Assembly (NCBI GenBank): GCA_951406725.2
Contig: OX597815.1
Coordinates: 168,268,001 to 168,332,000, forward strand
Direction: 5' to 3'
Length of the DNA: 64,000 nucleotides
From: Octopus vulgaris
Taxonomy: Eukaryota
A model generated the notes under the pieces. The model saw only the letters and a program-made list of their open reading frames with translations. It did no database searches and was not told where the DNA came from. Shown one piece after another: positions 11,950-26,473 of the stretch (position 1 is the first letter of the stretch; every line of letters starts with the position of its first letter). A program made the position numbers and the translations under genes.

Positions 11950-13365
11950 ATGGACCGAGTAAGTCTGGAAACGGTTAATACATCAGAGCAACAAACATCA
12001 CAGAAACAAATAATTTGATCAAGGCAGCAAGTATTGTTGTAGCAGAAAATGTGGGTGTTGATGTCAAGAAAAAGAAATATTATCGGAGTGATAAAAGAAA
12101 AGATCCATTGTAGAAAAGTAGAATACAGGCGGGATTAGATATGCTCTCGAAGGACATTTCTATGTAAGACCGAAAAGAGAAGGGGGGGCGCTTAAAAGCG
12201 AACAAAAATACAGGGCACTAAACAGGAGGTATGATATTAAAAGAAAAGGCCTGAAAATGGTAATGGAGGAACAGAAACAGCGCCTTGTTGCAAAGAAAGC
12301 AAAGATGGTAAGATACGACCAAAGAATGCAGAGATGCTAGCAGAATAGGTTATTCAGAGAAGATCAGAAAAGATTCTACAAAAAAATAAATGGAGAGTGT
12401 ACAGATGAAAAGTTGATGCCAGATAACATTGAAAGTCAAAGGTTTTGGAGTGACATCTGGAGCAAAGACAAGGAACACAAGAAGGATGCTGAATGGTTGC
12501 AAGAACTGAAACAAACAGTAGTCTGTCCAAAGCAGGCAGAACTAGTCATTTCAGTTAGGGAAGTGAAAGAAATCAGAAAAAGAATGGGCAACTACAAGGC
12601 CCCGGGACCAGATGGAGTTCAAGGCTACTGGATCAAAAGATTTGGTGAATGTCATGCACGAATAGCTGCACAACTCAACACCTTGTTAAATGCCGACCAA
12701 GTAACACCAGAGTGGTTGACAATGGGTAGGACAGTGCTGTGCTTGAAAAACCGAAAAATGTCGGTACGGTAGACAATTATAGGCCGATATCCTGCTTGCC
12801 ACTTATGTGCAAATTATTGACTGGAATAGTTGCAGAGTCAATGTTCGAAGACCTGGAAAAAAAATGAAGTCCTGCAACATGAACATAAGGGATGCAAACG
12901 TAAGTGCGGTAGACATAACTGTACTTAGAGACTGCAAGAGGAGGAAAACTAACTTAACCATGTCATGGATCGATTATCGTAAGGCGTATGATATCACCCC
13001 ACATTTTTGGATTATGGAATGTATGAACTTATTTGGTATTGCATCGAATGTTGAGCGATTGCTTGGAAAAAGTATGGCGAAGTGGAGGACGGAACTGGCA
13101 ATATATGGAAGAAGTTTAATGACGATAGAAATCAGGAACGGCATCTTCCAAGGGGACTGCCTGTCCCCACTGATCTTTGTTCTGTGCATGATATCACTAA
13201 CACTAATTCTGAGGAAAGCAAAGGTTGGGTGTGTATTCAAGAGCCGCCAGCAAAAAGTCAACCACTTGTTATTCATGAATGACCTTAAACTTTATGGTAA
13301 AGATGAATCTCAAGTAAGTTCCCTCATAGATACAGTGTATACTTTCAGTGCTGATATCAGAATAT
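11950..13365 (+). pseudogene. Decayed non-LTR RT fragment, R4/Dong-like
   Basis: [46 protein letters not shown]; multiple stops and frameshifts. Confidence 0.85.
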
Positions 13366-13716
13366 CGAATTTCGAGAACCAAAAATCCCATATGAAATGC
13401 GGCAGGATTCGGAAGGATAGTGACAATGTTTGAAGGTTTACATTGCATTTGTGCACTATATACTATGTCGACTTGTATGCCGAAAATACGTATCCCTGAG
13501 CTTATGGCATCAAAATCATTTAGCAATTGGTGGCGATTGAAAATATTGTGACTTCAGATACAAAATAATCAAATAGTTGTTAGACTTGATATGACAAAAA
13601 TAATTGTTAATTTCTATTGCTATGCAAAAGCTCTTTAAAAAAAGACTACCATCAGAGTTGTCAACAGCTAAAGGTTGCTTCAAAATAAATACATTATCGT
13701 TATTGTTTAATTCCAG

Positions 13717-13843
13717 CCGTTCAACATGAAAGGGCTCCAAGATCTTACCAACAACGACACTCGGGTCCAGAAGAAATCAGAAGACACAATGAAGAAAACC
13801 AAGTACCATTTGTCCCTCTTACAAAAATTCTGGACCACCCAAG
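13717..13843 (+). CDS. NR2E6: NR2E receptor T-box exon (AVQHERAPR...)
   Basis: ttccag|CC GTT CAA CAT GAA AGG GCT CCA AGA completes D-AVQHERAPR in phase 1. The 3' donor AG|gttttt is weak and was chosen for phase-2 compatibility with the next exon. Confidence 0.75.
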
Positions 13844-13945
13844 GTTTTTATCTACAATTTTAATTTAGACAATGTTCAATTATAAATATATGAAAATTAT
13901 AATTATTAGTTCTATCATTTTCTTTGTATGTATGTACGTATGTAC

Positions 13946-13976
<31 letters not shown>

Positions 13977-14180
13977 TGTATGTATGTATGTATGTATGTA
14001 TGTATGTATGTATGTATGTATGTATGTACGTACGTACGTACATACATACATACATACAAAGAGTTAGTGATCGAACATGTGTATTATTCACATGTATTTT
14101 TCTTTTTTCTTTATCTCTGGATCTCTTTAACTATCTCCTTTCTTCCACTCTTGCTCCTCTTGTCTGAACTTTTCTCTGCT

Positions 14181-14213
14181 TATCCGACAAAGAACTATGC
14201 CCAAAACGTCATA
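14181..14213 (+). ncRNA. Decayed mini-hammerhead (family of 2191)
   Basis: tat-ccgacaa-a-gaac-tat-gccc-aaaa-cg-tc-ata; core mutated; pyrimidine-rich unit between microsatellites. Confidence 0.4.
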
Positions 14214-14377
14214 TTTTTATTCTTAACTTTCTCTTCATTACTTTTTTCTAATAATATTAAGTGTAAACGTCCCTTGGACATCTATCGTTTTTGTATTTGA
14301 ATTCGTCTTTTGTTATTGATTTACTTATGTATTTATATACATACACACACATATACACGCGTGCGCGCAAGCACACG

Positions 14378-14428
<51 letters not shown>

Positions 14429-15290
14429 GCCTCCTCGAGATTGCTAAAAGATCAAGTGAAAATAATGTTAGTGCTAGCAAACAGCCCTACTTGACATTAT
14501 TGCAACATTAAACTATGTAGCGCTGAGTTTCAACTGTGTAACTCGAGGCCTCCTATGAGTGTGTAGGAAATCGAGTATATGAGTGAACTCTTCAGGATTT
14601 CCCAGCCTTCTGATTGCCTGACGCGGACTCAACTGGTTTACTGTATCGAATACCTTCGTGGAGTCAATAACGATCATATCCATCTCACCTGAATCTAACA
14701 GAACACGATATTCGTGATGCTTCTCCCTTTCTGAATCCACATTGAGTTTCAGGCGCAAATAGTGATTTTCTCACTTTATTGAGCAACGCTTCTCTACTTG
14801 CTATAGTGGCAAGATCTTGGCTGTTATTTTTTCAGGTCAAGCGACTATGTTGAAATTTCTTCGTTAGTTAGTTAGCTTGTTAGTTAGTCAGTCAGACAGT
14901 CAGTCAGTTAGTTATCGACAATAGATGTTAGATCATGTGGGATCTACAATTTTCATAAATAGCGACTTAACTAAAGGATGATTAACTCTCATTCTTATTA
15001 CATGTTACACCATCAAAGTGAAACTCCACTAGCCTTTCTGAGTTGAAAAGACAACCTTCATTGTAAGATTTTGATCGTTTGTACGTTCTTAATGATGAAC
15101 AGAAACCATATCCGTATGAAAAATAACATTCAAGTTAGTGTCATCATATTTATTTTACTGAGGTAGAATACTAACTAATTAATGAAATATTCCTCAATCA
15201 TTAAGATCATTTTCGACTGATGTACATTACTGTATATCACTCAATATAATGATTATCTTAACAATAATCTGGTATGCACGAAGAAGGTTA

Positions 15291-15335
15291 TACGTCACTG
15301 ATGAGGTTTTAATAAGACCGAAACGTGTCAAGTGT
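15291..15335 (+). ncRNA. Hammerhead core with degenerate stem I
   Basis: CTGATGA-ggtttt(aat)aagacc-GAAA-cgtg-TC; intact core and 6-bp stem II, poor stem I. Confidence 0.55.
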
Positions 15336-16040
15336 TGTCAACCCTACTTGCTGAAATCAAATAAAAATGATATTAACCCTGAGATAATGTTATTTGATTA
15401 ATTAGTTTAATTAACTAGTTAATTAATTAATTAGATCGCCATACATTCATAAGATCATTGTATGCTGAGATTCTTGCACACTGAATCATTTGATTTTTTT
15501 TATCTTACATACGCTACGTATCTGGTAAGTGGCTGGATGGCGCATTCAGTAGCGGAATCGTACTACAGAAGTCAATAAAATAAGTATTTCTTTCCGCTAC
15601 CTTTTACTTGTTTCAGTCATTGAACTGCAGCCATGTCAAACTCGCTGCCCTTAGTACTTACTTTTCTAAGTCCGGTATTTATTCTCTCAGTCTGTTTTAT
15701 TGGACTGCTAGATAACGGTGACGTAAGCAAACCTACACCGGTTGTAAAACAGTAGTAGGGGACAAATATAACACAAAGATATATATATATACGGCAGGCT
15801 TCCACAATTTGCCAATCAAATTCACTCACAAGGCATTACTCAAGATGCCACGCAATTTGATTGAACCTAAATGTTGCAAAGCGAGCTTCTTAACTACACA
15901 GCTATGTCTATCAATCGATGAAATAAGAACGGGGCGAGGGGATTAATATAATTGAAAGTACGGGTTCTTGAAGGGCCACAATGCAGTGCGTGGGACTAGT
16001 AAAAGAATAGAAGAATTAGAAGAATACTCTTACATTCCGT

Positions 16041-16272
16041 AAGGCGGCGAGCTGGCAGAAACGATAGCACGCCGGGCGAAATGCGTAGCCGTATTTTGTC
16101 TGCCGTTACGTTCTGAGTTCAAATTCCGCCGAGGTCGACTTTGCCTTTCATCCTTTCGAGGTCGATTAAATAAGTACCAGTTACGCACTGGGGTCGATAT
16201 AATCGACTTAATCCGTTTGTCTGTCCTTGTTTGTCCTCTCTGTGTTTAGCCCCTTGTGGGCAGTAAAGAAAT
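16041..16272 (+). mobile_element. SINE family B (Meta-domain-like centre)
   Basis: aaggcggcgagctggcagaa...gagttcaaattcc...gaggtcgactttgcctttcatcctttcg...aagtaccag; copies at 8200, 9850, 18072, 19597, 22570-23175(- tandem), 52563, 59780(-), 61883. Confidence 0.8.
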
Positions 16273-16730
16273 AAGAATCGGTAGAACGTCAGATAAAATG
16301 CTTAGCGTCGTTTCCTCCGTCTCGTTAGGTTCTAAAACTAAATCCCGCCAAGGTCAACTTTCCTTTTCATCTCTTCAGGATCAATAAAATTAAGTACCAG
16401 TCAAATACTTAGATCGATGTAATCGGCTTTCTCCTTACCTTCAAAATAGCAAGCTTCGAACCCTGCAACGGACCGGCGTCCCGTTCAGAAAGAATATTGA
16501 ATCTCGATCATTTAACCCAGGTTACTGATATTATGATTCCTAAGGCGCGAGAGAAAAAAAAAGCATAACAGCAAGCATGACAATGACAAGTCTCTTAACC
16601 TCTTGGGGCCGTTGGGGCGCTGCAGCCATGCAGTGTATCTAGGGCGAGAATGCCAGGCGTAGCCCATCCCTCTCCAGGCTAAAGTCATTTCTACAGCTGA
16701 GTGGACTGGAGCAACGTGAAATGAAGTATT

Positions 16731-17040
16731 GGAGGCACATGGCCTAGTGATTAGAGCAGCGGACTCCCGGTCGATGGATCGCGGGTTCGAATCTCAGACC
16801 AGGCGATGTGTGTATTTATGAGCGAAACACCTAAGCTCCACGCAGCTCCAGCAGAAGGTAATGGCGAACTTCTGCTGACTCTTTCGCCACAACTTTCTCT
16901 CACTCTTTCCTCCTGCATCTAGCAGCTCACCTGCGACGGACCGGCGTCCCTTCCAGGTGGGGAACCTATACGCCAATGAAAACGGGAAACCGGCCCTTAT
17001 AAGCCAGGCATGGCTCGAGAAGGAACAAACAACAAACAAA
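16731..17040 (+). mobile_element. tRNA-Arg-like SINE, family D, nested in a - strand family C SINE
   Basis: A/B boxes TGGCCTAGTGA and GGTTCGAATC; aaatgaagt duplicated at the flanks; copies at 58300-58595(-) and 62971-63340(+, chimeric with a C-type tail). Confidence 0.75.
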
Positions 17041-17224
17041 TGAAGTGTTTTGCTCAAGAACACAACGCAACGTCTGGTCCAGGAATCGAAACCACAATCT
17101 TACGATCGCGAATCCAACACCCTAATCTCTAAGCTACGCGTCTCCACGTTTGAATTCTCAGATCTTGAGTTATTTTTTTGGGGACGATTGTTAGTTACTT
17201 GCTGTATTTTTTTGTTATTTGTAG

Positions 17225-17766
17225 ATTGGATTATGCCCAGTTTCACCAGTACAGCACCCCAGTCACACTGCACCCTGAATTACCCGGTTACAATCCAGGT
17301 CAAGTGTTTCAGCCAATTACAATCCAATTAGCCGACCAAAATAGCCGCGCAGCAACTGCAGCTTTTCTCCACCCTCACCACCATCATCATCCATCACATC
17401 TACCCCATCACTACCCGAATCACTTGTTACAGCCAGGTACTACACCCAGTGGAGAAATAGGCTTCCGACCAGCAATAGTAAAAATTCCGTCTGGGGAACC
17501 AAATATACGCGGAACTGGTGGAGGAGGAGGAGGGGGAGCGGGTGGAGGAGGCGATGGAGAAAGAGGAGGAGGGGGAAACAACAGTGGTGGAGGTGGTGGA
17601 GGTAGCGGTGGCAGTGGTACTGGTAGTGGCGGTGGCGGTGGTGGCAGTAGAAACGAGAACAGTAACGTCGACTGTACCATCAAAGAAAACTGTTCGTCAC
17701 GCGTTTCTGGAGAATGTTCCACACCGACGCATCTGAAACGCGAAAAGACTGAATCAGACAGTACAG
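17225..17766 (+). CDS. NR2E6: NR2E receptor hinge exon (His/Pro- and Gly-rich)
   Basis: ttgtag|A acceptor (phase 2), G|gtaaat donor (phase 1), open frame within ORF 17178-17792. Confidence 0.75.
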
Positions 17767-18470
17767 GTAAATTGATTCACACTTTTTTTTAATGACTGAT
17801 GATCATCACAATAAACTTTAAACTCATCTTGTCTTGACGTTCTTTTTATTATTCCTGAGTTGCATTAGATTTGGTCTGTTATTACGTGAAGAGACAAAAT
17901 TGCATCGTGCTAGAGTCACTGTAGCCATTAAAAATACACACGTACTGTTAAATTCACTTTCACTCAATGGTTATTATTTTAAATAATATTTCCTACTAAT
18001 GTTCTTGGAGCAGACATCTAGGCCGTAGATGTACTCAATTTCTTATAAAATATATCATTATTGGGCCAAACAAGGCGGCGAGCTAGCAGAAACGTTAGCA
18101 CGCCGGGCGAAATGCGAAGCTGTATTTCGTCTGCCGTTACGTTCTGAGTTCAAATTCCGCCGAGGTCGACTTTGCCTTTCATCCTTTCGGGGTCGATAAA
18201 TTAAGTACCAGTCATGCACTGGGGTCGATGTAATCGACTTAATCCCATTGTCTGTCTTTGTTTGTCCACTCTATGTTTAGCCCCTTGTGGGTAATAAAGA
18301 AATAGGTATTTCGCCCGTCTTTACATTGTGACTTCAAATTCCACCGAGGTAGACTTTGCCTTTCATCCTTTCAGGATCGATACATTAAGTATCAGTGGAA
18401 CACTGAGGTCGGTGTAATCGACTAGTCCCTTCCCCACAAATTTCAGGCCATATGCCTTTAGTACTCTTTA

Positions 18471-18509
<39 letters not shown>

Positions 18510-18511
18510 AC

Positions 18512-19486
18512 TCTTTCGTCAAGCTGTTATTTCCACAGTTCACATCGTTTAACGAACTGAACCCATGGATCAAGTGTAGACCGAAGTTGGGCATGTGGCA
18601 TGTAGAGTGCCATCAGGCACTCATGCTTCTCTCCCAGTCGGGCAACGCCGGTGGCGGGGGTACTACCTCGTTCTTCTATAGAGGGTTAGTAGAGTTTAAG
18701 TGTGACGACGTCCTGGGAGAAACCCTGGGCTTCGACGAAAATCAACTGGCCAGCCTGTTCCAAAGAACATTCGGTCCGGGGCCTGTGGATAATTACCAAA
18801 AGTCCCTGGCCTGGCAATGTTACAGAGGAGCTTTACCGGTTCGAGATAAGCTCTTTAGACATGGGTGTACACCTTTGCCGGTTTGTGCAAGATGTGAGAA
18901 GGACAGTGAAACTGTCCTGCACGTGATTGTGCAATGCCCCAAGGTGACTGAACTCTGGGCTTATGTCGAACACCTGCTTTCGCATTCGAGAAGAGTACAA
19001 CTGTCGAGCGAATCTGTAATTAAGATAGTTCCGCCGACCTCCCTGAATCGAGCCTGTTTTCTCTCGGTAGTTGCTATGGCGAAAGAAGTAGTGTGGAAGA
19101 CGAGAGTAAAAGGAATTGCAACAGGCATGTTTATCTCCAGTCTCGAGCTAATCGACGTTTTCGTTTTCCACATGAAACGGAAAATAAGGCTGGAGAAGAA
19201 ATGCCTGTCTCAAAGTGTGTTTCGTAAAAGATGGAAGTATATAGCAAGTATGTTGCGAGTGAAAGAACCTGTTTAATCAAGAATGTGAAAAAGGAGAAAG
19301 CAAAGTCTTCAGTGGTTTGTGGGGTCGACCGCGTCCTCCGCTTCATTTTTTGTTATTCACTCATTCTCATTTAATTGTATATATTTTAATTGTTTGTTTA
19401 TTCATACGTTTCGTCTCATTCGATACCCTAACCCCAACGTTTGTTTTGTCCCCTCTTTTTCTCAACCTTATGGTGAATAAAGAAAT
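18512..19486 (+). mobile_element. 5'-truncated L1/Tx1-like LINE (C-terminal zinc knuckle + 3' UTR) in (CT)n
   Basis: WQCYRGALPVRDKL..CARC..ETVLHVIVQCP; stop at 19276; ends aataaagaaata; (CT)n on both sides. Confidence 0.85.
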
Positions 19487-20639
19487 ACTCTCTCTCTCTC
19501 TCTCTCTCTTTTTTTTTTTTTTTTTTTTACTCTTTTACTTGTTTCAGTCATTTGACTGCGGCCATGCTGGAGCACAGAATTATTATTGGGTCAAGTAAGG
19601 CGACGAGCTGGTAGAATCGTTAGCACGACTTTGCCTTTCATCCTTTCGGGATCAATAAATTAAATACCAGTGAAACACTGGAGATCGATGTAATCGACTA
19701 GTCCAGTCCCCTCCCTACAAATTTCAGGTCTTGTTCCTTTAGCAAAAAGGACTTATTGGACCAAATAAGGCGGTGAGCTGACAGAATCGTTAGTGCATTA
19801 AACAAAATGCTTAACAATATTTCTTCCGGTTCTTTGTATTCTGAGTTCAAATTCCGCCAAGCTCGACTTAGCCTTTCGTTCTATTGGGGTCGATGAAATA
19901 AGTACAAGTTGAACGCTGGGGTCATTGCAATCGACTTAGCCCTTCCTCGAAATTTCTGACCTTCTGCCAAAAATTTAAAACCCGTATCTAGAATAAATTT
20001 TGTTATTGTTTATATTTGATAAGTACACGAGAAAAACTGAGCATGAGATAATAAGAATTAATAAATTCTATGCATGGAATTATCTCTAATCTATAAATCT
20101 GCATTCATAGCTCTGATAAATACCCCAGTTTGCCGAAGCACTACTTTGTGGTTGGGCTGCTGTTCACCTCTTTCTTTTAGATCATAACTTTAATATTGTT
20201 TAAGAACAATGCTAAATTTAAAATAAGGCTAGCGATAACTTGGGTTTGATGAAATATGCAAAAATTGTCATTGTACCCCAAGAAACCAGTATTGTTTCAT
20301 AATTATCGAACCTACATCAGACACAGAAATTCAGTTTCCATTTTCTTTTTGTTAATTTCTTTTTGTTGTTGTTTTTGTTTTAGAATCTAGGTTAGCACGC
20401 AGGATAATGAAAATGTTAATTCCAGAGAAATGATTGAAGTATTGTAAAAATACTTCCCTAGAGTGTCTACAATCCTCTGCAATTTTGATTATGTAACTGT
20501 GAGACAATTTATAAATTTTGTCAATAAATTTGGATTCTTTTGTCAATAGAATTTATTTACAATTCTCAATTCTTTTCTCCTTAAATAAACTGAAAACTAA
20601 CACACCCTTTTGTTTCGTCTTTGCATGGTTTTTATTTAG

Positions 20640-21032
20640 AATCTTCTGGAGGTACTTCACAAGAGAATTCAGTTAGCACTACAACATCTATCCATCCACC
20701 GACAACCCTAAATGGTAACCAGCCCCAGGCATTTCCTTACAAAATGATCCCAGCGTCCGCCGTAAATATGAATCCTTCATCGTACCAACCACCGTTTGGC
20801 ATGTTAGCTAACCCCCTCGCTGGAGGAGACCAACATTTTTATGTCAATAATTCCGGTGTAGAAAGCGTCTACGAAACAGCAGCACGCCTCTTATTTATGT
20901 CGGTGAAATGGGCGCGAAATATCCCATCATTTCTTCAACAGCCATTTCGCGATCAAGCAATTCTTTTGGAAGAAAGCTGGAGTGAATTGTTCATCCTTAG
21001 TACGTCACAGTGGTCAATGCCAATCGACATTG
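20640..21032 (+). CDS. NR2E6: NR2E receptor ligand-binding domain exon 1
   Basis: [41 protein letters not shown]; tttag|AA and G|gtaagt. Confidence 0.92.
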
Positions 21033-21636
21033 GTAAGTAAATATTCTTTAGAATAAGGATTCTCAAACCGGAGTACGTGTACCCCCAAAAATGTTTGCAA
21101 GAGAAATTACGAGGGTATGCGAGATTTATAAAAACTTTTTAATTTTTAAATATAATCTACTACTTATCAATGATGCATCTTCGGATTCGGTAAATACATT
21201 TATTTAAAAAAAAAAAACTTCGTCAAATATAATTACCATCTTTTCCTGCATACAAGTTAACGTAGTGTATAAGTGTAGTGTAAACATTCAAACATTGTCA
21301 CTATCTTTCCAAATCCTACCGCATTTCACAGGGAAGTTGTGGTTCTCCAAAGTCATCTTGCCTGTAAATTTTGGTCTAAAAAGTTCGATTTGTAATGCTG
21401 AAAAGTATGATAATAACAGGTAATATACGTTGTCTACATTGTCCGTTTCATGAGATGTGGTTGCATGGCTTAGTGTGTTGCACTCATCATAAGATTATGA
21501 TTTCGATTCCTAGACATGACGATTTGTTGTGTTCTTGAGCAAAACATTTCATATCACGTTACTCCAGTCCGCTCAGCTGGCAAAAACGAGTAATGCAGGG
21601 ACGACCGCCGTCTCGTCCGGGAGGGTGAGGAATATA

Positions 21637-21853
21637 CGAGAAGGTGTTGAAAAGTTCCTGGCTTTATGGGTATCGCGAAAAAACCTGATTGGAGGCCCAA
21701 CCTTCTGAGCTTTTTTACAGGTCTTAGAAAAACTGAACGACCACTGCAATAAATGTATGAATCTGAGAGGAGAATATGTCGAATAAAATCATAATTAACT
21801 GATCTTCCTGTATCTTCTTTTAAGCAAAGCCAGGAACTTTTCAGTAATCCTCG
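21637..21853. mobile_element. Mariner-type MITE nested in a family C SINE
   Basis: TIRs cgagaaggtgttgaaaagttcctggcttt / aaagccaggaacttttcagtaatcctcg; TA on both flanks. Confidence 0.8.
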
Positions 21854-22001
21854 TATACGTCACGGAATTCGAGAAACCGGCCTTATGAGCCTATGGCTTG
21901 AGAAGAACATTTTATCCACTTTTTTTATCTTGATTTACGGTATCCATAAAAATTATATCTATCATTGTCTGTTTTATGGTATCGTACTATATTACAATAC
22001 A

Positions 22002-22559
22002 CAGGGTTATTCAAAAAGAAGGAGCCGACTTCAAATTTATTTTTAAAACAAACGGTAAAAGACACAAAGACATTCTACATATTTCTTGATAGGAGAAGGT
22101 TTAAAGTTTATACCTGAACATGATAAATTGAATTAAGCCTTAAATAAAATAATATTTTATTTTGTTTTAATGTTTCCTTTTGTTAATTTTATTTAAAGTT
22201 GTATAATTTTCATTTCTGTAATCCCTTAGAAAATGGCGACGCCACAAGAAAAGTCTTTTTGTGTGCTGCAGTTTGAGAAATGCGAATCGATTGTGCAAGT
22301 GCAACGTGAATTTCGCTGCCAATCCAATAAAAATCCACCTCGTCACAAGCAAATTTGCGAATGGCATAAAAATTTCACAGAAAAGGGTTTCGATGTTTCG
22401 ATGTTTGTCGAGCAACACATGGTGCTCATATTGAGTGCATACTACTTTAAAATAAACTTTAAACCTTCTCCTATCAAGAAATATGTAGAATGTTTTTGTC
22501 TCTTACCGTCTGTTTTAAAAATAAGTTTTAAATCTGCACTTTCTTTTTGCACAACACTG
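22002..22559 (+). mobile_element. Internally deleted Tc1/mariner-type element
   Basis: ~110-bp TIRs beginning CAG; residual HTH-like N-terminus MATPQEKSFCVLQF...VQREF..PP...I.EWHKNF. Confidence 0.8.
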
Positions 22560-23758
22560 TTTGATTTCAAATTTTGGCACAAGGCCAGCAAGTTCGGGGA
22601 GAGGATAAATCAATTACATCGATTCCAGTACTCAACTGCTACTTATTTTATCGACCTCGAAAGGATAAAAGGCAAAGATGACCTCGGCTGCATTTAAACA
22701 CAGAATGTGAAGACAGACGAAATACCGCGAAGCATTTTGCCCGGTGTGTTAACGATTCTTATTTCTTTATTACCCACAAGGGGCTAAACATAGAGAGGAT
22801 AAAACAAGGACAGACAAAGGGATTAAGTCGATTACATCAACCCCAGTGCGTAACTGGTACTTAATTTATCGACCCCGAAAGAATGAAAGGCAAAGTCGAC
22901 CTCGGCTGCATTTGAACACAGAACGTAAAGACGGACGAAATACCTATTTCTTTAATACCCACAAGGAGCTAAACACAGAGAGGACAAACAAGGACAGACA
23001 AACGAATTAAGTCGATTACATCGATTCCAGTACTCAACTGCTACTTATTTTATCGATCCCGAAAGGATGAAAGGCAAAGTTGACCTCGGCTGCATTTGAA
23101 CATAGAACGTAAAGATGGACGAAATACCGCGAAGCATTTTGCCCGGCGTTTTAACGATTCTGCCAGCTCGCCGCCATACTATTTTACAATATATTAAACA
23201 CGCAGATACGCCAACACTGCCGGACATGACGAGTACCCAAGAGGAAAATGTTTCAGAATCTCTTTTTTAGACTGTCGATTTTATTGAAGAAAACCATCTG
23301 AATCAATAAAGAACGAATCCCTCTAGCAGAGATGAAAACATTATTGTTATGTTATAACATGAATGTTTTAATGTGTCTTTTCTTTTGCTTTTGGGCTGGG
23401 GTTTTTGTGTGTGTGTGGTAGGGTGTTAAAGGAATAAGATTTCCGATGGTGAACGAATATTGAGAGGAGCACTTGGATTAGTCTTCAACAAGCGTCTTAC
23501 AATGTAGTGCAGCCGGTTCTGAAAGAGAGAGAAATGGAAAGGGGAGAAGAATCGACCTCAGTACTTGGTTGATACTTTGGAAGGGAAAAAAAAAAATTTG
23601 ATATCGACAGGATTTGAACTCTGAGTGCAATGAAGCACAACGATTACTGTGAGGCATTTGTCTGAAGATCTAACGAATCTGGCAAACAACTTTCTAATGT
23701 GTGTGCGTGAATATGTGCATGTGTGTGTAGATAGATAGTTAGGTATATATATATATAT

Positions 23759-24142
<384 letters not shown>

Positions 24143-26302
24143 AGATTTATTTTCGAACGCAGAAACGCCGTTAGAACAGATGAAATATTTGGTAAATTAA
24201 TTACCCTTACAAAGTGGAAAAATTTGTCAACAAATACGTGTGTGTGTGTGTGTGTGCGTGTGTGAAGACGCGCGGCTTAATGTTTAGAGATTCAATTCAC
24301 GATCGTAAGGTTGCGAATTCGATTACCGGCAGCGCGTTCTATCTTTGAGCAAGAAGATTTATTTCATGTTGCTGCAGTCCACTCAGCTAGAAAAATGTAT
24401 AGTACCTGTTTTTCAAAGGGCAACCCTTGTCACATTCTGTGTCACGCTCAATCTCCCTGAGAACAACGATAAGGGTACGCGTGTCTGTGGAATGCTCAGC
24501 CACTCTGCACGCTGATTTCGCGAACAGGCTATTCCGTTGATCGGATCAACTGGAACACTCGTCGTCGTAACCGACGGAGTGCCAGTTGGTTATATATGCT
24601 TTTATTTTACTATTTCAGTTTTTTTTTTCTTGGACTGCAGCCATGCTGGGGAACCACAGCATGGCCGCAATCGAACGACTCCAGTACTTATTTTTCTTAA
24701 GCCAAGTACTTATTCTATTGGACCCTTTTGCTGAGCTGTTAAGTTACGAGAACGTTAACAAATCACTTCTGGTTGTCAGGTGGTAGCGGGGGATAAACAC
24801 AAATATATAGATTCACACACATACACATGCATGAATATACGAACGTATGTATGCATGCACGTATATACGACAGGCTTATTTCAGTGTTCGTCTACCAAAT
24901 TCACTCACAAGGCTTTGGCCGAAGGCACCACGCAATGAGATTGAATCTGGAACCGTGTGGTTGGGATGCAGACTTTTTACCACTGAGTCACGCCTATATG
25001 GGTTACCCATTTACAGCTTAGTGGACTGAAGCAACGTAAAATTAATTGTTTTACTCAAGAACGCAACGTACTGCCCGACCTGGGAATCGAACACACGGTT
25101 TCATAAATACAATACCCTAACCGTTAGGCCACGTTCTTTCACATAGTCGAGCTTGATCTGGTGTTCAATAACAACTGGAATGCTCAACAACTTAATAGTG
25201 ATCCTTCTCATAGTTCCTGCATTATCTGTATTTGATGTTCTGGTTATTTATGGTTTATTTAAGAAGAAACCGTGCCCATGTCCTTCACAGAACTTCCCCC
25301 GACTATTTACTGCGTTTGATGTTCAATTATAAGTATCTGTAAATCGATGTAAGAAGGAAACAAAAACACGGGAGCTCAGAAGAAATTCTAGATGGAGGGT
25401 TGACATCTGGAGAAGTAAGGATTGGGTGCGGTGCCTGTATGGAGGAAGCTTAAGGAAAACGTGAGGAGAGACAGGTGTACTTATGGACTTTGATGAAGGC
25501 TATATGCAACTGGCTAGTCCTGAGAAACAGAAGTTGCTGCAGATGCGACAGAATAGGTACAGAGAATTAGGACACACTGTATCTAAGTGGAAGAGAGATT
25601 TTAATATCTTAAGGAATGCGCTTTTGTCAATGAGTCGGATGGTTTTCTTTTTGTTTCGATTCTTCTATGCAATTTAGGATGTGGGTTGGAACAGAGGAGC
25701 CAAAACAATTACTGCTAGGCGTTTGTCCGATGCTCTAATTATTCTGTCAATCAACAAACTTCTAGAGAGATATGATTCTTTAGAAGAATACTGAAGATAT
25801 TCTATGTTAATAGAGTGACAAAAACTGAGTTCCTTGGACAAGCAAAGACCACAAGAAAGATTCTCGATAATATAAGGAGACAAAAAAATTGGTTCTTTGG
25901 ACACTAAATGAGAAGAAAAAGCCTTGAACAGTTGGTGACAGCTAGAAAACTGAAAGGAAGAAGAAATCAGGGAAGAGAGAGAGGTGGAGATATTCGATGG
26001 TCTTACCAGCTGGCTTTCAGAAAGACGGGCAAAATACGGTGCTTAGTTGTGTAGGGAACTAAAAGGCATTGATTTCTGACGCCTGTAGGTATGGCGCATC
26101 AGGAGAGCAAGAGAAATAGAGAAAAGGGAAGCGATAGAGAGAGAACGAGTGAGAGAGAGGAAGCTGGAACAGACATTGAAAATAGCTTTTCTATGATGAT
26201 AATAATTACCCCTCCATAATTTTAACTTTCATAATTTTGATACCTTCAAATATTCCACTGTTTATTAAAAAGCCAACTGATAATATCTTTTTTTCTTTGT
26301 AG

Positions 26303-26473
26303 CCTCATTATTAACAGCTAATGGTTGGAGCTTGGACACGCAGCATGCAGAGAAAACAGCTTTTATGATGACGCAGCTCCGACTGCTTCAAGATATAATC
26401 AATCGCTGTAACGAATTACATGTTGATGCAACAGAATACGCATGTCTTAAAGCAATAACTCTGTTCCGTCCAG
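26303..26473 (+). CDS. NR2E6: NR2E receptor ligand-binding domain exon 2
   Basis: LQDIINRCNELHVDATEYACLKAITLFRP; ttgtag|CC and G|gtaagg, phase 1/1. Confidence 0.92.

Noticed and set aside
16731-16800. Functional tRNA genes (also at 47700 and 62971)
   Set aside because: Acceptor stems do not pair and the sequences continue into SINE bodies
22570-23175. CRISPR-like repeated units
   Set aside because: Tandem partial SINE B copies; no unique spacers or cas genes, and the context is eukaryotic
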